Shown here in pieces: positions 9,983-19,908 of a DNA stretch of 52,322 bases; position 1 is the first letter of the stretch, and each line of letters starts with the position of its first letter. The DNA lies in the NCBI GenBank assembly GCA_964540005.1, contig CAZILN010000185.1:1-52322 (forward strand). Reading direction: 5' to 3'. The translations under genes were made by a program, and so were the position numbers. A model generated the notes under the pieces. It was not told the origin of the DNA, searched no databases, and was given only the letters and a program-made list of their open reading frames with translations. This DNA comes from an uncultured Bacteroidaceae bacterium. GTDB taxonomy: Bacteria > Bacteroidota > Bacteroidia > Bacteroidales > SM23-62.

Positions 9983-10654
9983 ATGGTAAAAAAGAAGAGT
10001 CATTATTTGCACAGGAAATGGGTGAAATCCATTCAAAAAATAAGATCATTCCCGTATTGCTTGAATTACCTGAAAGATTGTTGCCTTGTTCGTAGAATCA
10101 GAAAACAATTTGCCGGTATTCAGCTAAAAACAATTGAATTATTGAGAATCATCCATGCCATCAGGGAGTTTGAACATTGCAATATGCTGGTTTTTGGTCT
10201 GGGAAACGATTCTCCGCTCTGGAGTGAAATAAACAGTAGCGGGCGGAATGTATTTTTAGAAGATTATAAGCTCTGGTTCGATAAGATCACAAGTGATTTC
10301 CCTAACCTGGAATCATACCTGGTTTCTTATCCCAATAAAATAACTGAATGGAAGGAAATGATCAACTCACCGGAGAAGCTCACAGCAGATCTCCCCAGGG
10401 AGGTCGCCGGTCAAAAGTGGGATGTGATTCTGGTGGATGGACCGCGTGGACACATATATTCAGAAGATCAGCCGGGAAGGATGTCAAGTATATATCTGGC
10501 CTCCAGGCTGGTAGGGCCGGGAGGGTATGTTTTTGTACATGACGCAGAGCGTGAACTGGAAGATGCCTACTCTGAAAAATATCTGGGTAAAGATTACTTA
10601 ATAGCAACCCTCCGTGGACGCTCACTATTGAAGGTATATCACTTTCCCCGGTAA
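9983..10654 (+). CDS. DUF579 family protein (homologue of plant glucuronoxylan 4-O-methyltransferase / IRX15 family)
   Basis: CNMLVFGLGNDSPLW, RNVFLED, WDVILVDGPRG, PGRMSSIY and VFVHDAERELEDAYSEKYL match the conserved blocks of plant DUF579 proteins as I remember them. The exact start is uncertain. Confidence 0.7.
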   Translation: MVKKKSHYLHRKWVKSIQKIRSFPYCLNYLKDCCLVRRIRKQFAGIQLKTIELLRIIHAIREFEHCNMLVFGLGNDSPLWSEINSSGRNVFLEDYKLWFDKITSDFPNLESYLVSYPNKITEWKEMINSPEKLTADLPREVAGQKWDVILVDGPRGHIYSEDQPGRMSSIYLASRLVGPGGYVFVHDAERELEDAYSEKYLGKDYLIATLRGRSLLKVYHFPR

Positions 10655-10657
10655 GGA

Positions 10658-13009
10658 CTATTCCAGGCTTACTGTCCTGACACCAAATACAGGACCTGCA
10701 AAGTGGTTTTCATCGGCAGCAAAAGTTACTGAAACCGTTCCCCCGGAAGTTAGCTTTGCCGGGATATTATATTGTAACTCTTTGTTCTCATTGTCAGCAA
10801 GCCCGGAAAAATCTTCAATGGCAATCAGCTCTCCGTTTACCATTATTTCAAACTTCCTGGGACCGAGGAAACCTCCCCAGTACTCAACCATCAGTCCTGT
10901 TGGATTTCCCCTGTCAACTTTCATATCATAAGAGAACCATCCAAAACGGGATTCCACGCAATTCTGTCCGTTAAACTCAAAAAATCCGGGACTTTCAGCT
11001 TCAAAACCGTGATCCTGGGAATCCTCCCCGCGACCCGGGATAACATAATCGATGGTCCGGCTTTCAATAAGCCTTTTGTTTGTTTGCCATTCTTCGGTAT
11101 TTTCCAGCTGCTGTGACCATTCCTCACCAGTGTAAATATCCCAGTAGACTGTGAAGTTGCGGTCATGGATCAGGTATAAGGGTTTTAAAGTAACCTCCCT
11201 GGGCCGGCCTGTTTCGCTGGTGATGAAGGTATTAGCTTCCCTCTCATCAGGAACCAGCCAGTGGGAGGGGGCCCTGTCTTCAGTTACCAGTCCGGGCACA
11301 TAGAGGGGATCTGCTGACAGGGAGTCATAGGCAGGTCCCAGATCACCTGCAAGTACCAGGGGACCGTAACATATGGCTACCCTGTCCGGATCATCCGGCA
11401 TTGGTTCCATCCTAAGGGAAAATGGCATATTGACCTCTATCCTGTCACCATTCTGCCATATTCTCCGTATGGGTATGAAGGATCCTTTCATACCCTTCTT
11501 TTTTATTTCTCGTCCGTTCACAGATACTGAAAAGTCATCGCCGGCCCAGCCGGGACACCGGATCCTCAGTGTCAGTTCCCGGGGATCTTCGTTCAGGAAT
11601 TCAATTGTTGTCCCCTGTTCTTCCGGAAAGTCTGTGTGCTGGCGAAGGATAAGTCCTTTTTCTTCCCACCTTAGTTCGGCAGCTATGAATTGATTAATGA
11701 AAAGCTCATCATTGTTGTGATAAAATATGGCTGAAGCATATTTGGAATGATTTTCCATTCCCGTGCCTACGCAGCATGTAAACCCGTAAGGATCCTGGTA
11801 GTACTTATGTCCACCCATCTGCAATGAGTGGAAGTACAGTACTCGTCCGCTTTCGGGATGCTGTGATGAAAGTATATGATTAAACAAGGCCCTTTCATAA
11901 AAATCAGCCACTTCAGGGGAAGCCTCCCATGTGAACAGGTGTTCCGATAATTTGAGCATGTTGTAGACGTTACAGGATTCGGATGTATTACTGCTCAGGC
12001 GGTCACTGAGCCGGTCCGGCGGTCCGAAGTGCTCATGGTTGCCGTGAGAACCGTTAATATAGGAGTGGTGGTTGACGACACGGTCCCAGAAAAACTCAGC
12101 TGCTTCTCTGTCGGGCACTGATGCTGTCAGTTCATAACGAGTTGCCAGGCCAATGAGTTTAGGTATCTGGGTATTTCCATGCTGACCAGCAAGGATATCT
12201 TCTTTCCTGGACAGGGGATCCAGTATCTTGCGGTGATGGAATTTCATGGATAGATCTATGTATTCTTTATTACCCGTATCAGCATAAAGGTCAGCAAGCA
12301 CTTCATTCATCCCGCCATGTTCACATGCTAACACCTCCTGCATTTGTTGATCCGAAAGGCCCGAAAGAATATCTGCCAGCCAGTCGGCCACTTTAATCTC
12401 TGTCTCCAGGGCCAGTTGATTATCACAGAGCCTGTATGCATCCCTGAGTCCGGCCATGATCTTATGCATGGAATAAAAGGGCACCCAGATGCCATTAAGG
12501 TCAAAAGGAGCTGCACGTATATCTCCCTGCGAAACTTCCTCTTCAAGTATTTTTTGGCCATCAGGTATGGCCCCGATATAACCATTACCGTTGGCTGCCT
12601 GGCATTCAGCCAGTTCATTTACCATGTAGTTCACCCTGTCCAGGAACCGGCTATCTCCTGTAGCTTTGTACATCAGGGCACAGGCAGTAAGATAATGTCC
12701 CAGGCTATGCCCTGCTATAGTAGCATCCTCCCAACCGTGGTAATGCTCGGCTTTCGGTTCCAGGCCGGCTTCCATGCGGAACTTCGCAAGAAAACGGTCC
12801 GGCTCATAATTCAACAGGGACCGGACGTTCAGTTCAGTGGCCTGAAGGAAGGGGCCTTCCAGTAATCTGACATCATCCAGGTCGAATGGAAGGCACCTGA
12901 ATTCAATCACACCGGCTTTCTCGTCCTTTATCCCGCCGGAATGGAGTGTATTGCAGCTTATGCAGATAATTGACAGTAAAAGCAGTTGAATACCTGTTTG
13001 TAGTTTCAT
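10658..13009 (-). CDS. Glycoside hydrolase family 127 (beta-L-arabinofuranosidase-like, DUF1680) with extra C-terminal beta-domain
   Basis: Signal peptide, GHSLGHYLTACALMY, and GTGMENHSKY with the FTCCVGTG Cys cluster typical of GH127. At 783 aa it is about 120 aa longer than the characterised GH127 enzyme I recall. Confidence 0.85.
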   Translation of the reverse strand: MKLQTGIQLLLLSIICISCNTLHSGGIKDEKAGVIEFRCLPFDLDDVRLLEGPFLQATELNVRSLLNYEPDRFLAKFRMEAGLEPKAEHYHGWEDATIAGHSLGHYLTACALMYKATGDSRFLDRVNYMVNELAECQAANGNGYIGAIPDGQKILEEEVSQGDIRAAPFDLNGIWVPFYSMHKIMAGLRDAYRLCDNQLALETEIKVADWLADILSGLSDQQMQEVLACEHGGMNEVLADLYADTGNKEYIDLSMKFHHRKILDPLSRKEDILAGQHGNTQIPKLIGLATRYELTASVPDREAAEFFWDRVVNHHSYINGSHGNHEHFGPPDRLSDRLSSNTSESCNVYNMLKLSEHLFTWEASPEVADFYERALFNHILSSQHPESGRVLYFHSLQMGGHKYYQDPYGFTCCVGTGMENHSKYASAIFYHNNDELFINQFIAAELRWEEKGLILRQHTDFPEEQGTTIEFLNEDPRELTLRIRCPGWAGDDFSVSVNGREIKKKGMKGSFIPIRRIWQNGDRIEVNMPFSLRMEPMPDDPDRVAICYGPLVLAGDLGPAYDSLSADPLYVPGLVTEDRAPSHWLVPDEREANTFITSETGRPREVTLKPLYLIHDRNFTVYWDIYTGEEWSQQLENTEEWQTNKRLIESRTIDYVIPGRGEDSQDHGFEAESPGFFEFNGQNCVESRFGWFSYDMKVDRGNPTGLMVEYWGGFLGPRKFEIMVNGELIAIEDFSGLADNENKELQYNIPAKLTSGGTVSVTFAADENHFAGPVFGVRTVSLE

Positions 13010-13015
13010 TTGTAT

Positions 13016-13951
13016 TTAATGAGATGATCTGTAAAATATCCCTCTCTCCTTCCTGACCGGATGTACCTTATGTTCTGCTTCAAGTACATCCATGTATTTA
13101 TTGACCTCATTGATATGCAGGCCCAGGATCCTTGACAGGTCATCTATGGTACAGGGCCTGCGGGTTATGGTCTCAAGGATAGCTGTTTCAGTATCCTCCC
13201 GGTACGATTTGATATCCTTTCGCGCCAGGCTGCTCGAAATAATTTCCACGTTTTCAAGTTGCCAGAAACCGGCAATTTGCATTAATTCGGTTCTGCTTGC
13301 CGGATTCAGATCATCTATTGTTCCGGGCCTGTCGAGGGTATTCAGTTGTATCCTGTCAGGCCGTATCCTTTCTATGGCATTCCTCAGGGAGGTCAGTTCA
13401 GCCTTGTCATCATTATAGCCCGGCAGGATAAAGACTTCCAGCCAGATCTGTCCGGAAAACTCATCCCTGAAAGCCACCAGACCGTCGATATAATCATTTA
13501 TTGTGAGCTGAGGAGCAGGTTTGTTTATCCTGGCAAAGGCCTCATGGGAGGCTGCATCCAGTGAAGGCAGCACCAGGTCTGCACTCAGGAGATCCTTTCG
13601 TACCTGCCTATCTGTGAGGAGTGTCCCGTTAGTCAGAACAGCCACCGGTACATCCGGTTTATTCTGTTTGATAAATTTCAGCACATCGCCAATACGTAAA
13701 TTCAGGGTAGGTTCTCCGGCCCCTGAAAAAGTGATATAATCCGGGTCGGGGTTATTTGAGAAATAATGATCAAGCTCGGCTGTAACTTTTTCATACGGGA
13801 TATATTCCATCCTGTCGAGTGTAAGCTTGGTAGTTGCCCCGCATTCACAGTACACGCAGTCAAGGGAACAGACTTTATGCGGCACCAGGTCGACACCCAG
13901 TGACATGCCCAAACGCCTCGAAGGAACCGGACCAAATAGATATCTGTACAT
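13016..13951 (-). CDS. Radical SAM protein with C-terminal winged-helix-like tail
   Basis: FGPVPSRRLGMSLGVDL followed by the CSLDCVYCEC (CxxxCxxC) cluster. 311 aa. It starts 6 nt upstream of GH127. Confidence 0.8.
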   Translation of the reverse strand: MYRYLFGPVPSRRLGMSLGVDLVPHKVCSLDCVYCECGATTKLTLDRMEYIPYEKVTAELDHYFSNNPDPDYITFSGAGEPTLNLRIGDVLKFIKQNKPDVPVAVLTNGTLLTDRQVRKDLLSADLVLPSLDAASHEAFARINKPAPQLTINDYIDGLVAFRDEFSGQIWLEVFILPGYNDDKAELTSLRNAIERIRPDRIQLNTLDRPGTIDDLNPASRTELMQIAGFWQLENVEIISSSLARKDIKSYREDTETAILETITRRPCTIDDLSRILGLHINEVNKYMDVLEAEHKVHPVRKERGIFYRSSH

Positions 13952-13983
13952 ATGGATTCTAAGTTAAAAGATTCCGGAGCATT

Positions 13984-15219
13984 CTATCTTCTGCAATCCA
14001 TTTTATAGATAAAATAAAGAGCTGACAGTACCATAAAAGTAAACAAAATGAAAAATGACTGAAACCCGAACCGTTCAATGATCCATCCGCCCAGCATCGG
14101 GAAAAGGGCAGGCAGGATGTTCCCGGCCCCGGCAATTCCTGTATACAGGGCCCTGTTCTCATTACCTGAAATTTCCAGTAACACGCCGTTCATCGAAATG
14201 CTGTAGGCCGCAAATATGATCCCTCCAACCAGGAAAATAATCCTGAACGGAGGCATAAGGGGTGAAAAAAGCAGGATCAGGGGTACCGACAGCACAACCA
14301 GTACATTCCCATACAGCAGGTAACGGTATTTGAATCTTTTAGCCAGGGCAAACAGAAGGAAACCAATACCTACGCTTCCAATCACTTTGTAAAACAGGAA
14401 CACCCCTGTTTCATGACTCTGCGTATGGAAGGATTCCTTGGCATACAGCATTACGAATGGCAGGAGGGTGATGCTTATGCCCATGGTGTTGATCCAGCCC
14501 AGGAAATATCCCAGCCTGCGGTTCGCGCGCAGTTCGGTTTTCATTAATGACAGGAAATGCTTTATACCCCTTACAGTCATCCTGGATGGTACCTGCTCTT
14601 TCAACCGCCAGATGCCAAGTGAGGCGATAAAAAGGGCAAGGAACCCGATGAAGAACATATAGGCGTAGTTTACCGGAAAATCTTCCATCGTGATCACTTT
14701 CCTGGCCAGGAGGGCTGAGAGAAGCAGGACGATACCCGTAACAACTTGTTTCACAGATAGAAATGATTTTCTTACAGAGGGATTAACCGATTTACCCAGG
14801 ATATCCGTATAACTGATGTTGGCGAAGGCCCCTCCCAGTGAAAATGATGCGATCAGTAAAAAAATCAGCCAAATGACACTGTGCCCCTGCAAGCTGGATG
14901 AAAAATACAACATGATGCCCATGAAAAACAAGGAAAGGATGCGGCTATTGATCCCGATCAACAGGAATTTCCTTTTGTATTCATAATTGCTGATGAAGGG
15001 GGCAAAAATCAACTGCGTGAAGCTCGATCCTCCCAGCATGATAGCAGTCATCAAACCTATGTGCAGTCCGTTGCCTCCTGCCTCGATAAGCATGGACGGT
15101 ATGACCGTATCCACATCCATGAAATTCTGGGCCAGGGCAAGAAAGATGGCATGCCAGAGGAAGGAATTAAAATTATGTTTTGAGATTCCGGGACTAAGGT
15201 TCATTTGGTTTTTCTGCAC
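13984..15219 (-). CDS. MFS transporter
   Basis: 411 aa and about 12 predicted TM helices, with a typical MFS loop pattern. Substrate unknown. Confidence 0.75.
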   Translation of the reverse strand: MQKNQMNLSPGISKHNFNSFLWHAIFLALAQNFMDVDTVIPSMLIEAGGNGLHIGLMTAIMLGGSSFTQLIFAPFISNYEYKRKFLLIGINSRILSLFFMGIMLYFSSSLQGHSVIWLIFLLIASFSLGGAFANISYTDILGKSVNPSVRKSFLSVKQVVTGIVLLLSALLARKVITMEDFPVNYAYMFFIGFLALFIASLGIWRLKEQVPSRMTVRGIKHFLSLMKTELRANRRLGYFLGWINTMGISITLLPFVMLYAKESFHTQSHETGVFLFYKVIGSVGIGFLLFALAKRFKYRYLLYGNVLVVLSVPLILLFSPLMPPFRIIFLVGGIIFAAYSISMNGVLLEISGNENRALYTGIAGAGNILPALFPMLGGWIIERFGFQSFFILFTFMVLSALYFIYKMDCRR

Positions 15220-15225
15220 AAGATA

Positions 15226-15675
15226 CTAATCATACAATAACCTGACAGTCTCATTTGCCATTGCAGGCTGAATGAGCTCCCGCCACTCAGGTTTTTCCCA
15301 TGTTTTAAGCTTTGAGTGTGTTATAAAATATTTCTGAGGGACAGGATGCGTTCCGATAACCACTTTCATGCCATATTTTTCCCGTATAAAATCACGAAAA
15401 TGACTGATGTAAGGACAGGGTGGATAACCAACCACAAACCCGGTTGAAAAATGTATAATTTCCGCACCATTTTTCTGCATCTCCTCGGGAGCGTATTCAA
15501 TGTTGCCACCCGGACAACCTCCGCAGCTTGTGTATCCCACCAGTTTTACATCCGTTTCCTTTGAATAGATGTCGAATGCACCTTCCCTGTTATCCAGGGC
15601 TCTGAAACATTTGCCGCCCGCACAACTGCGGTAACGGTCACAGATAATGATCCCGATCTTGATTTGATTGCCCAT
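15226..15675 (-). CDS. CGGC domain-containing protein
   Basis: Motifs CDRYRSCAGGKC and TSCGGCPG are diagnostic of the CGGC domain family. Confidence 0.75.
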   Translation of the reverse strand: MGNQIKIGIIICDRYRSCAGGKCFRALDNREGAFDIYSKETDVKLVGYTSCGGCPGGNIEYAPEEMQKNGAEIIHFSTGFVVGYPPCPYISHFRDFIREKYGMKVVIGTHPVPQKYFITHSKLKTWEKPEWRELIQPAMANETVRLLYD

Positions 15676-15684
15676 AATGATGAT

Positions 15685-16533
15685 TTATGTAAGATTAATA
15701 CCCTTTAATACAATATCACCTTCTTTCACGCCCAGGTCATTTGCAATAATTTTACATTTTGCCTTCAGCATGAAAAACACACACCGGTCAGTACCTGAGA
15801 GTCCCTCATAATTCCCCTGTCCCTTGCTGATGATCAGGTCTGCATGGTAAAATCTTTCCTTGAAGGCATCGCTGCACAGGCCTAAGATAGTCCCGGGAGC
15901 AGTAGTCCCGGACGAAATAATTTCTGCCACCCGGTGGAGCCCGGAATCAATAGCATCCTCCCTGGTTACATCGTTTATTATGGGGATCTCACGAACCACA
16001 TAAGTAACCGGTTTTCCCATTTCTTCGATCAGGATTCTGTCGAATACCGATTCACCTGCATTATCACCTATATACATTACGGAACCTGCCTTTGCCAGCC
16101 GTTCTTTGAATAATGTGAAATGTGAAATGGCAAAATCCTGTTTCAGTATGTTACTGATATCCCTGACCAGATCAAATTCCCTGTTAATACCAAGATCAAT
16201 AACATTCCCGGCAATAGACATCCGGACGGCGGTAAGGAGCCTGTCCTCAGACTCAATAAGGGTTTTCTTCAGGTCCGGGTATAATGACAGAGCTTCCTTA
16301 ATATTTGCTTTCTTCAACTCCCTGTACGGATCTTTAACACCGGTGATCTCTTTCACCGTCCTGTAAATTGATTCACCCATCTGTGGAGGGGTTTTGTCAG
16401 GTGGAAAATCTTTGATCAGTCCTGCTACGGCGTCCAGTATTTCTTTTAACTGGTTTTCATCACTGGTTGCCATGCGTCCTGCCCTGAGAGCCTGGTCCAT
16501 AAAACACGGGTAACAATCAAGATAGGTTTTCAT
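15685..16533 (-). CDS. DUF89 family damage-control phosphatase-like protein (ARMT1-like)
   Basis: The N-terminus MKTYLDCYPCFMDQALRA, plus DNAGE and KGQGNYE, are typical of DUF89. Confidence 0.75.
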   Translation of the reverse strand: MKTYLDCYPCFMDQALRAGRMATSDENQLKEILDAVAGLIKDFPPDKTPPQMGESIYRTVKEITGVKDPYRELKKANIKEALSLYPDLKKTLIESEDRLLTAVRMSIAGNVIDLGINREFDLVRDISNILKQDFAISHFTLFKERLAKAGSVMYIGDNAGESVFDRILIEEMGKPVTYVVREIPIINDVTREDAIDSGLHRVAEIISSGTTAPGTILGLCSDAFKERFYHADLIISKGQGNYEGLSGTDRCVFFMLKAKCKIIANDLGVKEGDIVLKGINLT

Positions 16534-16544
16534 GCAGGATGCAT

Positions 16545-17705
16545 TTATTTTGCGAAATATTTTTCCATTCTGTCAAATGCTGTATTGATCATTTGCTGCG
16601 GGACACAGAAAGAAAGCCTTATATGGCTTTCACCGCTTGGCCCGAAGGAAGCGCCCGGAGTGGCAGAGACCTGGATATCCTTAAGCATATTCAAACTGAA
16701 TGCTACTGAATCCTTTCCCCTTTCTCCTTTAATACGGGGAAACATTAAATAGGAACCCCCTGGTTTATTATACTCAAATACATCATCCATTCTGTCCAGC
16801 CGTTCACACATCAGGTCCCGGGCATCCAGGTAATGCAACCTGAAGTCCTCAATACAATCCTGGCTGCCTTTTAATGCAGCAATAGCCGCATACTGGGAAA
16901 CAACAGGTGCACAAATAGAGATGGGTATATGAGCTTTTTTTACCTGTGCAATGATTTCTTCATCAGCATGCAGGTATCCGATACGCCAGCCAGTCATGGC
17001 ATAGGTCTTGGTGAAGGTATAATTGGTGATGACATTTTTTTTCATCTCAGGCATTGAGGCCATGCTGAAATGTCTTTTATCATCATAAACAAAATATTCA
17101 TAGGCTTCGTCCGTAATGATCGTCAGATCATTTTCAAGGGCAATTTCAGCCAGCCTTCGAAGATCCTCTTCAGGAAATACAGTTCCGGTGGGATTATTCG
17201 GACTGCAGAACAGGATGGCCCTGGTCCTGGATGTAATTGCTTTTTTGATACCCTCAATATCCAGTGAATAATTATCCTCTTCTATTAATGGAACAAATAC
17301 AGGTTTGCCGGAGGCAATCCTGACCTGTACAATATGTGCCGAGTAGGTTGGCGAAGGAAGTATCACTTCATCACCCGGATCAATGGCTGCCATGACTGAT
17401 GCAGCCAATCCTTCAATGGCTCCAACAGTCACGATTACTTCAGAAATACCGGCTTTAATATTGTTGTAATGCCCCAGCTTTTTTACAATTTCATTCCTTA
17501 ATTCAGGCAGGCCCTCATTTTGAGAGTATCCTCCTGTTAATCCATTTTCTATTGCAGAAACAGCTGCAGCATTAATATGTTCCGGACTTCCTGAAGTTGG
17601 TTTGGCCCAGGACAGGAATGCCACATCTTCATACTGTGCCGACAGTCTTGTCATTTCATGAATTGCCGATTTTTTGATCTGATTAACCCTGTTTGAAAAT
17701 TTCAT
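16545..17705 (-). CDS. Pyridoxal-phosphate-dependent aminotransferase, class I/II
   Basis: SPNNPTG, DEAYEYF and the TFTKTYAMTGWRIGY block (PLP lysine context). 386 aa. Confidence 0.88.
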   Translation of the reverse strand: MKFSNRVNQIKKSAIHEMTRLSAQYEDVAFLSWAKPTSGSPEHINAAAVSAIENGLTGGYSQNEGLPELRNEIVKKLGHYNNIKAGISEVIVTVGAIEGLAASVMAAIDPGDEVILPSPTYSAHIVQVRIASGKPVFVPLIEEDNYSLDIEGIKKAITSRTRAILFCSPNNPTGTVFPEEDLRRLAEIALENDLTIITDEAYEYFVYDDKRHFSMASMPEMKKNVITNYTFTKTYAMTGWRIGYLHADEEIIAQVKKAHIPISICAPVVSQYAAIAALKGSQDCIEDFRLHYLDARDLMCERLDRMDDVFEYNKPGGSYLMFPRIKGERGKDSVAFSLNMLKDIQVSATPGASFGPSGESHIRLSFCVPQQMINTAFDRMEKYFAK

Positions 17706-17710
17706 AATGA

Positions 17711-18097
17711 TTACTGTTTTATTGTGTCTTCTTTAATTTCAAAAATGTTTCCGCTTTTATCCTTGATAAATACCAGGTCTGATTGGGCTCTCTCAAGATG
17801 AATGCATTCATATCCCTTATTTATTGTTTGCTCAACAAACCCCTCCCTGTCAGGGATGGAAAGGCAGATGTGCCGGAAGTTTTGCGTACAGGTTTCCTCC
17901 TCTACAAAAAGTTCCAGGAACAGGCCGTTTTTTTTCAAAAGGTAAACCGGTGCTTCATTATTGATTCCAAATAGTTGTGCGGCAAGATCCCGGTTGAGGG
18001 TAAAACTCTTTAATATACTCATCCCGAGTAAATTCTTATAAAAGTCCTCGACCTCCTGAGGATCATTGATCACTAATGCGACATGTTCCAGTTTCAT
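17711..18097 (-). CDS. VOC (glyoxalase/bleomycin resistance/dioxygenase) family protein
   Basis: 128 aa. MKLEHVALVINDPQEVEDFY and the overall beta-alpha-beta-beta-beta pattern. Confidence 0.7.
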   Translation of the reverse strand: MKLEHVALVINDPQEVEDFYKNLLGMSILKSFTLNRDLAAQLFGINNEAPVYLLKKNGLFLELFVEEETCTQNFRHICLSIPDREGFVEQTINKGYECIHLERAQSDLVFIKDKSGNIFEIKEDTIKQ

Positions 18098-18109
18098 CTT
18101 ATGATCTTT

Positions 18110-18694
18110 TTATACATGAGCTGAATAATGGGAAGGATTGATTATTTCCCTGTACTTGAATACTATCTTTTTAAAATCTTCCCAGGTTTCGCGTTTCAAT
18201 GCCGGGTTCCTCAATAAAGCTGAAGGATGGTAGACAGGCATTGCCAGGCGGTTTTCCCAATCCATCCAGGTTCCCCTGACCTTTGTTATTCTCTGTTCAC
18301 CACCGGCCATACTCTTTAATGCGGTAGCACCCAGGAAGATCAATATTTTCGGATTTACATTTTCAATTTGCCGGATTAAATAAGGCATGCAGGCCCGGAT
18401 TTCTTCCTTTGAAGGTTCCCGGTTCCCGGGGGGCCTGCATTTTACAATATTGCTTATGAATACGTGATCGGTCCTGTTAAAGCCACAGGCGGCCAGGATC
18501 TTATCAAGCAGTTGTCCGGACTTACCAATAAACGGACGGCCTGCCATGTCCTCATCCCTGCCAGGGGCTTCTCCGATAATAAAGATTTCTGCCTGTATAT
18601 TGCCCTCGCCGAAGATTACCTTGTTTCTGGTACCGGACAGGCCACATTTACGGCAATTTGCTACTTCATTTTTTAAGGATTCAAGAGACGTCAT
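18110..18694 (-). CDS. Uracil-DNA glycosylase, family 4
   Basis: CRKC..., GEAPGRDED (GEAPG motif), NIVKCRPPGNR and HPSALLRN are signature family 4 UDG blocks. Confidence 0.88.
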   Translation of the reverse strand: MTSLESLKNEVANCRKCGLSGTRNKVIFGEGNIQAEIFIIGEAPGRDEDMAGRPFIGKSGQLLDKILAACGFNRTDHVFISNIVKCRPPGNREPSKEEIRACMPYLIRQIENVNPKILIFLGATALKSMAGGEQRITKVRGTWMDWENRLAMPVYHPSALLRNPALKRETWEDFKKIVFKYREIINPSHYSAHV

Positions 18695-18727
18695 TACAAG
18701 TATGATCAGTTAATTAATTCCGGATAA

Positions 18728-19507
18728 TCAAAAATACAGTACCTTACCTGTAGCCAGCTGATTTATTCCAAATTCATTATAAAATGCAGCCAGAGCGGGT
18801 AACTGTGTACAGTGTGAGGGCATCACATTCGTTACTTTATGTTCCTTAAAATACCTGATCGTTTCTTTAGTCTGGATATTATTTGCCTGTAAGTGAAAAC
18901 CTCCTATTACAGCCAGTATTTCTTTAATTCCGGTTACCTCCATAGCATACTTTGTAATATTGCAGATCCCGGAGTGTGCACAGCCGGACACAATTACCAG
19001 TTCCTGTTCGATAAGCATGACCAGAGCTGAATCATCCATGACAAAATCATCATTATTATTCTCATCAACAAAGTCAGTTGACTGGGCTTCAAAATGATTT
19101 ACCCTGGGTATTTCGCCAAGGAATACAACATTGTCCGAAATATGGTAAGGTTCCTTTGAATGTATCAACTCATACTTTTCACTCAGTTCTTCATAGTTCA
19201 ATTCAAGTCCTATATTGATCCTTTCATTTCTGTGAAACCTCCTGATGAAGGCACCCGGATGCGATAACAATCTTTTACCGGACAGGTATTTCAGTCCGTT
19301 ACCATGATCCCAGTGCCCGTGACTGAGCACAACTATGTCGGCTTTGGAAATATCAAGCTGAAGCTTTTCGGCATTCTTTAAAAACACATCGCTGTGCCCT
19401 GTATCAAATAGTATGTTGAGACCATCATGTTCGATAAAATATGATAAACCAAATTCTGCAAGAAAATGGCCCGACGCAGTATTTTCAGTGAGTACAGTAA
19501 GTTTCAT
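18728..19507 (-). CDS. MBL-fold metallo-hydrolase
   Basis: MKLTVLTEN N-terminus and the HGHWDH metal-binding motif. 259 aa. Confidence 0.8.
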   Translation of the reverse strand: MKLTVLTENTASGHFLAEFGLSYFIEHDGLNILFDTGHSDVFLKNAEKLQLDISKADIVVLSHGHWDHGNGLKYLSGKRLLSHPGAFIRRFHRNERINIGLELNYEELSEKYELIHSKEPYHISDNVVFLGEIPRVNHFEAQSTDFVDENNNDDFVMDDSALVMLIEQELVIVSGCAHSGICNITKYAMEVTGIKEILAVIGGFHLQANNIQTKETIRYFKEHKVTNVMPSHCTQLPALAAFYNEFGINQLATGKVLYF

Positions 19508-19532
19508 TTTTTATATTTATATCCCGGTTATT

Positions 19533-19871
19533 CTAAAACTTTTCCAGTTTATTGTCCTTAAAAGCCTGCAAAGCTTCTTTAACACTTAATTCTCCGGCCC
19601 CTACATAGACTGTAACTCCAAGTTTTTCAAGGATGGTGGCTGCGTTGCCGCCCGGACCGTTTCCCGTGATCAGGATGCTTGCATTCATCTCATGCATTTT
19701 TTGTGCAGTCCTTGGTCCGGCACCATGAGCTTCATCTTCAATCGACCTGTTATCAAAATGCAGGAGTTTATCTTCTTCTTCATCGTAGACAAGTAGAAAA
19801 TCGGTCCGGCCGAAACGGGGATCCATACTCGAATCCCATTCAGCTCCTTTGCTTGTAAATGCTATTTTCAT
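19533..19871 (-). CDS. NifB/NifX-family (dinitrogenase FeMo-cofactor-binding domain) protein
   Basis: 112 aa. FGRTDFLLVYD, HGAGPRTAQ and ILITGNGPGGNA are typical of the small NifX-like domain. Confidence 0.8.
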   Translation of the reverse strand: MKIAFTSKGAEWDSSMDPRFGRTDFLLVYDEEEDKLLHFDNRSIEDEAHGAGPRTAQKMHEMNASILITGNGPGGNAATILEKLGVTVYVGAGELSVKEALQAFKDNKLEKF

Positions 19872-19908
19872 AATGTATGTTATTAGGTTAATTATGGGTT
19901 TTTCGCAA

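Noticed and set aside
9976-10089. 37-codon ORF (MLNGKKEESLFAQEMGEIHSKNKIIPVLLELPERLLPCS) in another frame, overlapping the 5' end of the DUF579 gene.
   Set aside because: It is short with no recognisable motif and overlaps the longer ORF. It only indicates that the true DUF579 start codon is uncertain.
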